The translations under genes and the position numbers were made by a program. A stretch of 24,000 nt of DNA from Candidatus Pacearchaeota archaeon (GTDB taxonomy: Archaea; Nanobdellota; Nanobdellia; Pacearchaeales; GW2011-AR1), in the NCBI GenBank assembly GCA_049511795.1, contig JBEKXS010000002.1, positions 32,326 through 56,325 on the forward strand, given 5' to 3'. The notes below the pieces were generated by a model. The model saw only the letters and a list, made by a program, of their open reading frames with translations, was not told where the DNA came from and did not search any database. The number at the start of each line of letters is the position of its first letter. Within the stretch, counting starts at the first letter, position 1. Positions 16,409 to 24,000 of the stretch are shown in pieces.

Positions 16409-18748
16409 ATGCCAAAGGCGTCAAAAAAACAAAAGCAGACAAGGGCAGAAATAACGGCGCAGGAATTTTTTCCTGTAAAGCCAGAAGACCTAAAATATTC
16501 TATTGAAAAGCAGGTGAAGCACATAGATGTCTCCTCTCTTACAACAGTTGAAAAAGAAGGGAAAAAGATTCAGGAAAAACCAATAAAAACAAAGAAACCA
16601 AGAGCGAAAAAAGGAACAAAAGAAAAAAAAGCAAAAAGACCAAAGAAAACAGCAATGGATTTTGCTCCAAAGAAAATAAATCTCAAGCAAGGCGGCTACG
16701 AACTTATTGTAACAGAAAAACCACAGGCAGCTTTGAAGATTGCATCAGCCCTGGGAAAATCAACACAAAGAAATGAGCATGGTGTTTCTTATTATGAAGT
16801 TGACAGGAATGGAAAAGAAATTGTTGTTGCCTGCGCTGTCGGACATTTGTTCACTTTAACGCAAACTTCAAGAAATATGACAGGTGGCCCTACATTTGAT
16901 ATAAAATGGGTTCCAAATTACATTGCAAGAAAAGGCGATTTCACAAAAAAATATTATGACACTCTTCTTTCTCTTGTGAAAGGTGCTGGTTCTATTACAG
17001 TTGCAACAGATTATGATACAGAAGGGGAAGTTATAGGACTGAATATTGTCCGTTTCATAGCAAATCAGAAAGATGCCTCAAGAATGAAATACTCAACTCT
17101 TACTGATAAAGAGCTTAATGATTCTTATGAGAATAAAGCACAAACAATTGATTGGGGACAGGCAATAGCAGGTGAAACAAGACACTATCTTGACTGGTTT
17201 TATGGAATAAATCTTTCAAGGGAATTAATGAATGCTTTGAAATCAGTTGGAAAATTCAAAATAATGTCAATCGGCCGTGTGCAAGGACCAACATTAAACC
17301 TTATTGTTGAAAAAGAAAAGCAAATTATTGGTTTCAAGCCTCTTCCTTACTGGCAGATTTTCATAAGACTCGAAAATCCAGAAATAGAGCTTGTTCATAA
17401 CAAAGATATTTTCAAAAAGACAGAGCTTGATAAATTTAAAGATCTAAAAGGAAAAATAGCAGACGTTGAAACGCAGAAGAAAACACAGGAAATACCTCCA
17501 AATCCTCCCTTTAATTTAACAATACTTCAAACAGAAGCATACAGGGTTTTCGGAATAAATCCAGCAAGAACACTTCAGCTGGCTCAAAATCTTTACCTTG
17601 CAGGTTTGATTTCTTATCCAAGAACTTCAAGCCAAAAACTGCCACCTTCAATAGCTTACAATGACATTTTAAAAAAGCTGGCTGCAAGATTTGGTGTTGA
17701 AGCATTGATAAAAAGAAAAACACCAATTGAGGGAAAAAAGACAGACCCTGCCCATCCTTCAATATATCCTACAGGAAACCAGGGAACAATAAGTGAAGAT
17801 GAGGAAAAAATTTATGGATTGATAGCAAAAAGATTTCTCTCCTTGTTCTGCGAAGATGCAGTTATTGAAAATAAAGTCATAACAGCAAAAGTAAATGGAT
17901 TTAATTTTGTAAAACGTGGTTCTTTTGTTGAAAAACCTGGCTGGATGGCTATTTATCCAATAAAAATGCCAGAAGCGCATATTCCTGATGTTAATGGAAA
18001 AATAAAAATCTCGAACTCAAATATAATTGAAAAAGAAACTCAGCCTCCAAAGCGTTTTTCTCCTGCTTCACTTGTTTCAGAGCTTGAAAAAAGAAATCTT
18101 GGAACAAAGGCAACAAGAGCTTCTGTAATTGAAACACTTTATGACCGTGGCTACATACAAGGGCAAAGCATAAAAGCAACTCCCCTAGGAATTTCTCTTA
18201 TTGAAACTCTTGAAAAGCACGGACCTATTATAATTGATGAAAAACTGACAAGAAGTTTTGAAAAAGAAATGAATGAAATCCAAATTGCAAAGAAAAACCA
18301 ACAAGAAAAAGAAGAAAAAGTAATCAATGAAGCAAAAACAGCCATAACAAAGATCTCACAGGAGTTTAAGTCAAAGGAAAAAGAAATAGGTGAAGAGCTT
18401 GCAGGAGCAAATCAGAAAATATGGGAACAGCAAAGAGAGGAAAACAAGTTGAATCCCTGCCCTGTTTGCCAGAAGGGAAATCTGAAAATAACTTATTCTC
18501 CAAAAACAAAGCGTTCTTTCATTGCATGCGACAGATATCCTGAATGCAAGAACACTTATTCTCTACCTCCTAGCACATTCATAAAAAAAGCAGACAAGAT
18601 TTGCGACAAATGTGGCTTCCCTATGTTAATGTCTTTGAAAAAAGGTAAGCGTCCTTGGATTTTCTGTTTCAACCGAGAATGCGAAACAAACAAGGCAAGA
18701 TTAGAAGAATATAGAAAGAAGAAGGAAGCAGAGAACAATAATTCTTAA
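16409..18748 (+). CDS. topA: Type IA DNA topoisomerase (TopA/Topo III-like) with a Lys-rich N-terminal extension and two C-terminal Zn ribbons
   Basis: Toprim YELIVTEKPQAALKIASALG and ATDYDTEGEVIG; active-site tyrosine context AGLISYPRTSSQKL; Zn ribbons CPVCQKG...CDRYPEC and CDKCGFP...CFNREC. No helicase domain, so not reverse gyrase. Confidence 0.9.
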   Translation: MPKASKKQKQTRAEITAQEFFPVKPEDLKYSIEKQVKHIDVSSLTTVEKEGKKIQEKPIKTKKPRAKKGTKEKKAKRPKKTAMDFAPKKINLKQGGYELIVTEKPQAALKIASALGKSTQRNEHGVSYYEVDRNGKEIVVACAVGHLFTLTQTSRNMTGGPTFDIKWVPNYIARKGDFTKKYYDTLLSLVKGAGSITVATDYDTEGEVIGLNIVRFIANQKDASRMKYSTLTDKELNDSYENKAQTIDWGQAIAGETRHYLDWFYGINLSRELMNALKSVGKFKIMSIGRVQGPTLNLIVEKEKQIIGFKPLPYWQIFIRLENPEIELVHNKDIFKKTELDKFKDLKGKIADVETQKKTQEIPPNPPFNLTILQTEAYRVFGINPARTLQLAQNLYLAGLISYPRTSSQKLPPSIAYNDILKKLAARFGVEALIKRKTPIEGKKTDPAHPSIYPTGNQGTISEDEEKIYGLIAKRFLSLFCEDAVIENKVITAKVNGFNFVKRGSFVEKPGWMAIYPIKMPEAHIPDVNGKIKISNSNIIEKETQPPKRFSPASLVSELEKRNLGTKATRASVIETLYDRGYIQGQSIKATPLGISLIETLEKHGPIIIDEKLTRSFEKEMNEIQIAKKNQQEKEEKVINEAKTAITKISQEFKSKEKEIGEELAGANQKIWEQQREENKLNPCPVCQKGNLKITYSPKTKRSFIACDRYPECKNTYSLPPSTFIKKADKICDKCGFPMLMSLKKGKRPWIFCFNRECETNKARLEEYRKKKEAENNNS

Positions 18749-19962
18749 AACCACTTCTGCAAGTTTGTCTGGGTCTTTATGCTTTCAAGTATTTTGCTTT
18801 TCTTGATTATTTTTGAGGGGTCGTAACCAAACTTTATCATTCCAACTTTCCTCACGCTTTCAATCATTTCTTTCATATCTGCAAATTGGAATTTCTTGTT
18901 TTCCATTGCTTTCTTTACGCTTTCCCTGACAACCCAGACACCCAAAGCTGCCCAATAAGTTGGAAGCTCTATTCTTATTGCCAAAACACTTGCCTGCCTC
19001 TGAACGCTTTCAAGATATTCTAATATAGGGAGCCTTGCTGCATAGTACCCACCAACAGTATTGCTTGCATAAGTTGTTCTTCCATAAAAATCTTCCATGT
19101 CTGTTGAAGCTTTTATTTCATTGCTTGGATTCCATGAGCTTCCTGGCAAATAAAGTTCAAAAAGTTCATATGAAAAAATATTTGGAAAAAGCATTATAAG
19201 ATAGCAGTTTCCCATAAATTCTCCAAAGAAAAATTCATAATTTTCAATCCATTTGTAATTTCTAATGTTTTCCAAAAGTCTTTTTCCAATCATGTCATCT
19301 GTTGCTGTTATTGACCAGCGAGTTGGCACGAGCTTTCTGTCTTTTTTCATTCCTAAAACACCAACGCTAAGAATTTTGCTTAATGTGTATTCTGAAAAAG
19401 AATTTTTATAAAGAAAATCAACAGCCTCAGTTGCTTTTATATCATCATTCATAACCTTGTCAAGTTTCTGATCAATCTTTACATTGCTGGTTATTGTTGC
19501 TTTTTTTAATGGGGCGTGCATTCCCTGAGGTAAGACAACGCGGTCTCTCTTGAAACCAGGCCCAACTTTTGATTTTAATTCAATTTCTAAGTCAACAGGG
19601 CGTGAGGCAATTGCAATTTCCTGAGCCATATCAACAAATTTTTTGTTGTTTGTTCTTGGGTCAGTTACTTTTGACTGGAATCTTGAATTAAGAAGGCTTT
19701 CCCTGAGATTTATCACATCGCGAATTCCAAAATTGTTCTTTGCCCAGAATTCTGCATCATCATAAACCCATGCATCCTCATCTCTTTCCAATGGGCTTAA
19801 AATTCCTACATTCACCAAAGGATATTTTAGCTTTGATCCAATAAAAACACTTGGTGGAGAGCTTGAAGAGATTTGAGAAACCTTACCAATATCTCTGTAT
19901 TTGAATTTAGTGTCAGCTATCTTTTTTATTACTTCAAATTTTATGTCTTTCTCCTCTGGCAT
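18745..19962 (-). CDS. nre: Nre-family protein (archaeal DNA-repair-associated, Nre_N/Nre_C, formerly DUF650/DUF651)
   Basis: 405 aa. SSSPPSVFIGSKLKYPLVNVGILSP near the N-terminus and LVPTRWSITATDD / GGYYAARLPILEYL / WAALGVWVVRE in the C-terminal half fit my memory of the Nre family. Ends in the PIP box QTNLQKWF. Overlaps the topA stop by 4 nt. Confidence 0.6.
   Translation of the reverse strand: MPEEKDIKFEVIKKIADTKFKYRDIGKVSQISSSSPPSVFIGSKLKYPLVNVGILSPLERDEDAWVYDDAEFWAKNNFGIRDVINLRESLLNSRFQSKVTDPRTNNKKFVDMAQEIAIASRPVDLEIELKSKVGPGFKRDRVVLPQGMHAPLKKATITSNVKIDQKLDKVMNDDIKATEAVDFLYKNSFSEYTLSKILSVGVLGMKKDRKLVPTRWSITATDDMIGKRLLENIRNYKWIENYEFFFGEFMGNCYLIMLFPNIFSYELFELYLPGSSWNPSNEIKASTDMEDFYGRTTYASNTVGGYYAARLPILEYLESVQRQASVLAIRIELPTYWAALGVWVVRESVKKAMENKKFQFADMKEMIESVRKVGMIKFGYDPSKIIKKSKILESIKTQTNLQKWF
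18748..18771 (-). other. Canonical C-terminal PIP box of Nre (QTNLQKWF)
   Basis: QxxLxxWF in the last 8 codons. Confidence 0.65.
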
Positions 19963-19983
19963 TAAAAATCAAGGAAAAAGATG

Positions 19984-19991
19984 TTTAAATT
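19984..19991 (-). promoter_or_regulatory. TATA box (AATTTAAA on the minus strand) for nre
   Basis: Centre 19987.5 is 25.5 nt from the ATG at 19962. Confidence 0.5.
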
Positions 19992-20054
19992 ATTTAAGAA
20001 CTACCGAAAAGTCGTTTAAAAAATAAAAGAAGGAAAAAAATAAAAAATCAGAAT

Positions 20055-20246
20055 TTACCTTCTTCTTCCTTGGCCTTCTCCGTGCATTTTGCATTTGCTG
20101 CAGAACAGTCCATGTAATACAAGCAATGCAGCTGCAACAATAACTACCCACATGCTAGCTGTAGCACCGAGTATTGTTGGCCAAATTGTAACAATCAAGA
20201 TGATAAGACCTAAAATAAGATCCTTACCATGGTGATGCATCCACAT
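20055..20246 (-). CDS. Small membrane protein with an HHH N-terminus and a CxxC-His C-terminus (63 aa)
   Basis: MWMHHHGKDLILGLIILIVTIWPTILGATASMWVVIVAAALLVLHGLFCSKCKMHGEGQGRRR has two TM helices. The track start at 20261 is only about 11 nt from TATA 20269-76; the ATG at 20246 is 26.5 nt away. The intervening GGAGGTGA (20252-20259) could alternatively be an SD for 20246. Confidence 0.5.
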   Translation of the reverse strand: MWMHHHGKDLILGLIILIVTIWPTILGATASMWVVIVAAALLVLHGLFCSKCKMHGEGQGRRR

Positions 20247-20268
20247 AGTTTTCACCTCCATTAATCAG

Positions 20269-20276
20269 TTTTATAA
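20269..20276 (-). promoter_or_regulatory. TATA box (TTATAAAA on the minus strand) for the small membrane protein gene
   Basis: Centre 20272.5 is 26.5 nt from the ATG at 20246. Confidence 0.45.
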
Positions 20277-20302
20277 GAAAAAAGCCTTAATAAATCTGGT
20301 GA

Positions 20303-21040
20303 TTATATCCATCCTCTTCTAAAAATTCCTGCATTTCTTATTTCAAAATTAAGCTCTTTCTGCGGCATGCTCCTGTGTTTCAGGAGAGTTGCTTTTCTCT
20401 TTCCATTTTCATTTTTCAACTCAATTATTGCCTTGCTCCAATATTTCATCAAATCCCCACCAACAAGATTTACACCTGGCTTGACTCCTTTCTTTAACTG
20501 CTCTTCTGAAAGAAATTCAGAGTAAACTTGATTTGTTATTATAACAGGAATATTTTGCTTTCTGGAAATCTCAGAAAGAAGCTTCATCTGCCAGGCAAGG
20601 GCGCGGTTGACCTTTTTTATGTCTTCTTCGCTTGCGTTTTCTTTTTCCTTGACATTTCCTATCTCAAGTCTGTAATGCATTGCCATACCATCTACAATAA
20701 TCAGGCCTATTTTTTCTTTCTTTGTTTGCTCTACTAATTTGTCAAAAATTTTTCTTTGCTCATAAAAACCTATTGGCTGTAAAAGAAGGATATTTTCTAG
20801 GATTTTTTTGTAGTCTTCCCCAACAATCTGTTTTACCCTTTCAGAAGAAAATCCGCCCTCTGTGTCTATGAAAATTACTTTTGTTCCTTTCTTTGCCAAA
20901 CTGCATGCAACAAGTATTACGAAATTTGTTTTCCCGCTTGCGGGAGGACCTGCAATCATTGTTATGATTCCTGCTTCATATCCCCCATAAAGCCATTTGT
21001 TTAGGTCAAAGCTTCCTGCAGAAATCTTCTGAATGTCCAT
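20303..21040 (-). CDS. radB: RadB-like RecA-superfamily ATPase
   Basis: 245 aa with no N-terminal HhH domain. ISAGSFDLNKWLYGGYEAGIITMIAGPPASGKTNF (Walker A), KVIFIDTEGGFSSERVKQI, GLIIVDGMAMHYR (Walker B-like). Size and pattern fit RadB rather than RadA; a single-domain KaiC-like protein cannot be excluded. Confidence 0.7.
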   Translation of the reverse strand: MDIQKISAGSFDLNKWLYGGYEAGIITMIAGPPASGKTNFVILVACSLAKKGTKVIFIDTEGGFSSERVKQIVGEDYKKILENILLLQPIGFYEQRKIFDKLVEQTKKEKIGLIIVDGMAMHYRLEIGNVKEKENASEEDIKKVNRALAWQMKLLSEISRKQNIPVIITNQVYSEFLSEEQLKKGVKPGVNLVGGDLMKYWSKAIIELKNENGKRKATLLKHRSMPQKELNFEIRNAGIFRRGWI

Positions 21041-21088
21041 ATCTAAGAAAAATTGTTTTGATTAATAAGGATTATTATAACAGAAAAC

Positions 21089-21352
21089 TTACTTCATCTT
21101 TTTGAAATCAGCTTCAATTTTGTCAAGGTCTTTTGTTATTTCCTTGACAGCATCTGCAATTGCTTTCTTGGCTGTCTTGCCTTTTGTCACAACCTTCAAT
21201 ATCGGCTTTTCAGAGGGGTGCTCTCTTTTCCAGGCTGCGAAACTCACTCCAGAATCTTTGTTAAGATAAACTCTTAGAATTTCAACCAAAGTCAGGTTTT
21301 CAAGCCTTACCTCAATTTCTTCCTTTGAGCTTTTGAGAATTTCGAGTTCCAT
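21089..21352 (-). CDS. rpo11: DNA-directed RNA polymerase subunit L (Rpo11)
   Basis: 87 aa. EIEVRLENLTLVEILRVYLNKDSGVSFAAWKREHPSEKPILKVVTKGKTAKKAIADA fits the Rpo11/RBP11 pattern (hTl.n.Lr..L..d..V.fA.Y...HP....p.l.v.T.g...p..al..a). Confidence 0.75.
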   Translation of the reverse strand: MELEILKSSKEEIEVRLENLTLVEILRVYLNKDSGVSFAAWKREHPSEKPILKVVTKGKTAKKAIADAVKEITKDLDKIEADFKKMK

Positions 21353-21373
21353 ATTAAGAAATCATAAATTTAG

Positions 21374-21381
21374 TTTAAAAA
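21374..21381 (-). promoter_or_regulatory. TATA box (TTTTTAAA on the minus strand) for rpo11 (and probably radB)
   Basis: Centre 21377.5 is 25.5 nt from the ATG at 21352. Confidence 0.5.
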
Positions 21382-21396
21382 ACTTTGCACTTTCAA

Positions 21397-22161
21397 TTAA
21401 TCGTAATCTTGAACATATTTCTTCTCTTTATTATTCTCTTTCTCTTCAACTTTATTTTTTTCTTTTTCCATTTTTATCCTTTTCAAGTCATCTATTTTCA
21501 AGTTATCAAGTATTTTCCTGTCAAAGCTGATGATTCCTGATTTAGGATAAACAATCTTTTGTGGTTCTGGTTTTTTTGTTTCTGGAACAATATTTGAATT
21601 ATTTAAATTAAGTTTTGGTTGAGCATTTTGGGTGTTTGTTTGTATAGGAGTTGATGTTGTTTTCACAATCTTAACACCAAGAAATCTTTCAAGTTTATTT
21701 GGCAAATCATATCCCTGAGGAATAACTCCCTGCTCTGCCATTTTGATTGCGCTTTCTGATTCCCCTATTCTTTCAGCAAGCTGCCCTTGTGTAAGTCCTT
21801 TTACTCTTCGAACTCTCATGATAATCCAATGAAAATTGTCAACAAGGTCTGGCCTTGGTGCAAGACTTACTGCTTCCTGTTTTGTTTTTTTCTCATAATT
21901 CCTGCTTATCACTTCTTTTGCTCTGCTTTCCCTTATTGGTTGGAATCTCTCTTCTTTCGGCTTAACTCCTGAAAGCCTAACCATTGTTTCATAAACAGTA
22001 TCTTTTTTCTCAAAATCTTCTTTTTTTAATCCTGGCTTCTTCACAAGAGGATATCCTTGCTCTTGTGCGCAGTTCTCGCAGACAAGAACAATGCCTGTGG
22101 GAGAAAGTGCCCGGAAAATCGGCCTTGTAAGTTCGCTCACTCCGCAAATAGAACATTCCAT
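21397..22161 (-). CDS. aMBF1-like protein: N-terminal Zn ribbon and XRE/Cro-type HTH, with a long linker and K/E-rich tail
   Basis: 254 aa. MECSICG...(24 aa)...CENC; HTH MRVRRVKGLTQGQLAERIGESESAIKMAEQGVIP; C-terminal low-complexity tail ...KIDDLKRIKMEKEKNKVEEKENNKEKK. Confidence 0.5.
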   Translation of the reverse strand: MECSICGVSELTRPIFRALSPTGIVLVCENCAQEQGYPLVKKPGLKKEDFEKKDTVYETMVRLSGVKPKEERFQPIRESRAKEVISRNYEKKTKQEAVSLAPRPDLVDNFHWIIMRVRRVKGLTQGQLAERIGESESAIKMAEQGVIPQGYDLPNKLERFLGVKIVKTTSTPIQTNTQNAQPKLNLNNSNIVPETKKPEPQKIVYPKSGIISFDRKILDNLKIDDLKRIKMEKEKNKVEEKENNKEKKYVQDYD

Positions 22162-22226
22162 AAAAGAAAGAGAAAAAAGTCGTTTTTTAATATTTGGATA
22201 TGTCAGAATATAGGAAAATTTCCGTT

Positions 22227-22883
22227 TTATTTAAGGTATGTAGCCAAATTATTTGCGCTTGTTATGTTGTAAAGAACATAATTATTGTCAATTATTACAA
22301 CAGGGTATTTTGTTATATTAAATGAGTTTGTCAAGGAATTCAAGGAGCTAAGATTGCTGTCAACAGCTATTGGAATAAGTATTATATGGTTGCCTTGCTG
22401 CTGCTTCAAGTCGAACAATGTCTGTGACCATACGCTTTGTTCTGCTTTCTGGTTTAGATCCTGTGTGTCATACTGATAAAGATAGACAACTGTTGAAAGA
22501 TTTGTCTTGCACTTGTCAGGTATCTGCATCATGTCTGCCCACAAAAGTGTTCTCAAAAGATCATATCTTGTATGCGCCAGCCTTAGAGAATCTGTAAGCT
22601 TCCCTGCTGATTCATATTGCTCTAAAGTATAAGCTTCCTGGTAAATTCTGTCTGCAAAATCAATGCTTGAGTTTATGAAAGCATCGCATGTAACTGCATT
22701 TGACTGAAAAACATTGTTCAAAGCAAGAGAATCAATCAATGATATTTCTGAAGAAGAATAAAAGCTGTTTATTTTGTTCGCATTGGCATTCTCATAAGCG
22801 ATTCCTATAAAGATGCCAAGGGCAAAAACAGCAACTGTAATAATTAAGGCTTCCCAAAAAGCATGTTTTGAACTTTCTAACAT
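22227..22883 (-). CDS. Hypothetical N-terminally anchored extracytoplasmic protein
   Basis: 218 aa. Single TM FWEALIITVAVFALGIFIGIAY, then a Ser/Asn/Gln-rich domain with several N-x-S/T sequons (NSSI, NLST, NLSS, NITK, NITS). It starts 6 nt after the GT2 stop, so it is probably co-transcribed. Confidence 0.5.
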   Translation of the reverse strand: MLESSKHAFWEALIITVAVFALGIFIGIAYENANANKINSFYSSSEISLIDSLALNNVFQSNAVTCDAFINSSIDFADRIYQEAYTLEQYESAGKLTDSLRLAHTRYDLLRTLLWADMMQIPDKCKTNLSTVVYLYQYDTQDLNQKAEQSVWSQTLFDLKQQQGNHIILIPIAVDSNLSSLNSLTNSFNITKYPVVIIDNNYVLYNITSANNLATYLK

Positions 22884-22889
22884 TTTATT

Positions 22890-24000
22890 TTACCATTTAT
22901 GTGTTTTTGTGATATACTTGAATGCTGAATTGACCAATATTATTGGGTATGCCAGCAAATAAACGAATGAATACACAAAAAAGCTGAATATGCCTTGCTT
23001 TTTAAATCCTTTTTCTTTTGTGTAACTCAAAGCAACAAGAGTAAATGCTGTTCCCAAAACAAGCAATGCCATTCCAAAAAAGAACAATACTGTTGGAGTG
23101 AGATTTATGTCTCTTAGAGTTAAGATTGCTGTTTGTGCCTGAGAAGCATAGAAAGTTGAAAAGTAATATATTATTGCCTGCCTTATTATTCTGTATGCCA
23201 AGAACAAGATTCCAACAACACCTATTACCCAAGACATGACAAAGAAAGGAAGTATGAAAACTCCAAGCATTCCTGCTTTCATGAAGTTACTTTTATACTT
23301 GTTTATTGTTTGTATCCCTCCTACATTCCATCTTATTCTCTGTTTGTACCACATCTTGAATTTGTCAGGAGCAACTGTGTAAACTCTTGAAAGAGTGCTC
23401 ATTGCTATCTTGTAGCCATGCGAGACAAAGTTCCAAGTGATTTCAATGTCTTCTGTCATGTTTGTTTCATCAAAGCAGCCGACTTTGTCGAAAAGTTTTT
23501 TTCTGTAAATTGCCAAGGGTCCTGGGGTAACATAAATGGCATCAACAAAACCGAGAAGCTTTCTTGAGAAAGTTATTATTTTGTATTCTATTGCCTGAAG
23601 TTTTTCAATGAAATTGTATCTGTTTTTTGCAAGAACAGTTGATGTTACAGCAGCTATTTTAGGATCATCAAAGAATCCAATCATATTTCTTATTGCATGT
23701 TTTTCTGGGTATGAATCTGCATCTACAAATCCAATAAGTTCTGTTGTTACAAATCTTGCGCCATAATTCTTTGCACCACTTGCTTTTCCAGAGTTTCTCG
23801 GTGTCTGCACAGCTATAACTCTGCTGTATTTTGTAGCATATTTCTTTATTATTTCATAAGAATTGTCAGTGCTGCAGTCATCAACAACAATTATTTTTCT
23901 CAGATTTCTATAATCAGAATTCAAAAGTGCCTCAATTGTTCCTCCAATGCTTTCTTCCTCATTATAACAAGGAACAACAATACTCAGTGAATATTCTTTT
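22890..24000 (-). CDS. Processive family-2 glycosyltransferase (PgaC/NodC/chitin- or cellulose-synthase-like); N-terminus off the right edge
   Basis: The track start at 23924 is an internal TTG. The frame stays open to the window edge (my translation upstream: KEYSLSIVVPCYNEEESIGGTIEALLNSDYRNLRKIIVVDDCSTDNS). Contains GFVDADS (DxD), MTEDIEIT (TED), YKQRIRWNVGG (Q(R/Q)xRW) and 4-5 C-terminal TM helices. Codons phase from 23999. Confidence 0.85.
   Translation of the reverse strand, partial: KEYSLSIVVPCYNEEESIGGTIEALLNSDYRNLRKIIVVDDCSTDNSYEIIKKYATKYSRVIAVQTPRNSGKASGAKNYGARFVTTELIGFVDADSYPEKHAIRNMIGFFDDPKIAAVTSTVLAKNRYNFIEKLQAIEYKIITFSRKLLGFVDAIYVTPGPLAIYRKKLFDKVGCFDETNMTEDIEITWNFVSHGYKIAMSTLSRVYTVAPDKFKMWYKQRIRWNVGGIQTINKYKSNFMKAGMLGVFILPFFVMSWVIGVVGILFLAYRIIRQAIIYYFSTFYASQAQTAILTLRDINLTPTVLFFFGMALLVLGTAFTLVALSYTKEKGFKKQGIFSFFVYSFVYLLAYPIILVNSAFKYITKTHKW

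Noticed and set aside
20007-20017. The 11-mer AAAAGTCGTTT is repeated at 22175-22185, both in 3' flanks of minus-strand genes. It could be a conserved terminator or regulatory motif.
   Set aside because: Many exact 11-mer repeats are expected by chance in a window this size, more so at this AT content. The associated hairpins are only A/T stems. There is insufficient evidence.

Overview
AT-rich, very compact archaeal chromosomal segment, read with the standard code (TAA, TGA and TAG all terminate well-supported genes). I can support about 31 protein-coding genes and one tRNA-Lys(CUU). Intergenic gaps are mostly under 100 nt, with three ATGA start/stop overlaps and two convergent 3'-end overlaps. 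Content is mostly core information processing: partial Trm5, FEN1, family-B DNA polymerase, a Nop2/Sun m5C RNA methyltransferase / P-loop kinase / Nip7-like PUA operon, MetAP2, a Cdc48/VAT AAA+ ATPase, Sec11-type signal peptidase, TFS, type IA topoisomerase, Nre, RadB, Rpo11, an aMBF1-like factor, and a processive GT2 synthase running off the right edge. I saw no rRNA, CRISPR array, transposase, integrase or recognisable defence gene. This looks like core genome of a small-genome archaeon (DPANN-like is inference only), not an accessory island. Worth a second look: (1) the Cdc48 homologue has an in-frame, AT-rich, coiled-coil-like insertion of about 220 aa in its D1 lid and a Gly/Met-rich tandem-repeat loop in its N domain; (2) it sits in an apparent operon with a Zn-ribbon/AbrB-like protein, a 43-codon micro-ORF and a stand-alone receiver domain; (3) that operon is preceded by the only canonical TATA box in the window with no start codon after it, followed by a strand-specific hairpin and a U-run (candidate sRNA or structured leader); (4) an 8-mer TTTAWAWA box sits 25.5 +/- 1 nt upstream of nearly every independently transcribed start, and two palindromic boxes each serve a divergent gene pair with exactly 51 nt between the ATGs, which lets several starts be corrected; (5) a promoter-supported small ORF appears frameshifted; (6) three replication/repair proteins end in PIP-like boxes. 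All functional calls come from reading motifs by eye; no database search was possible.
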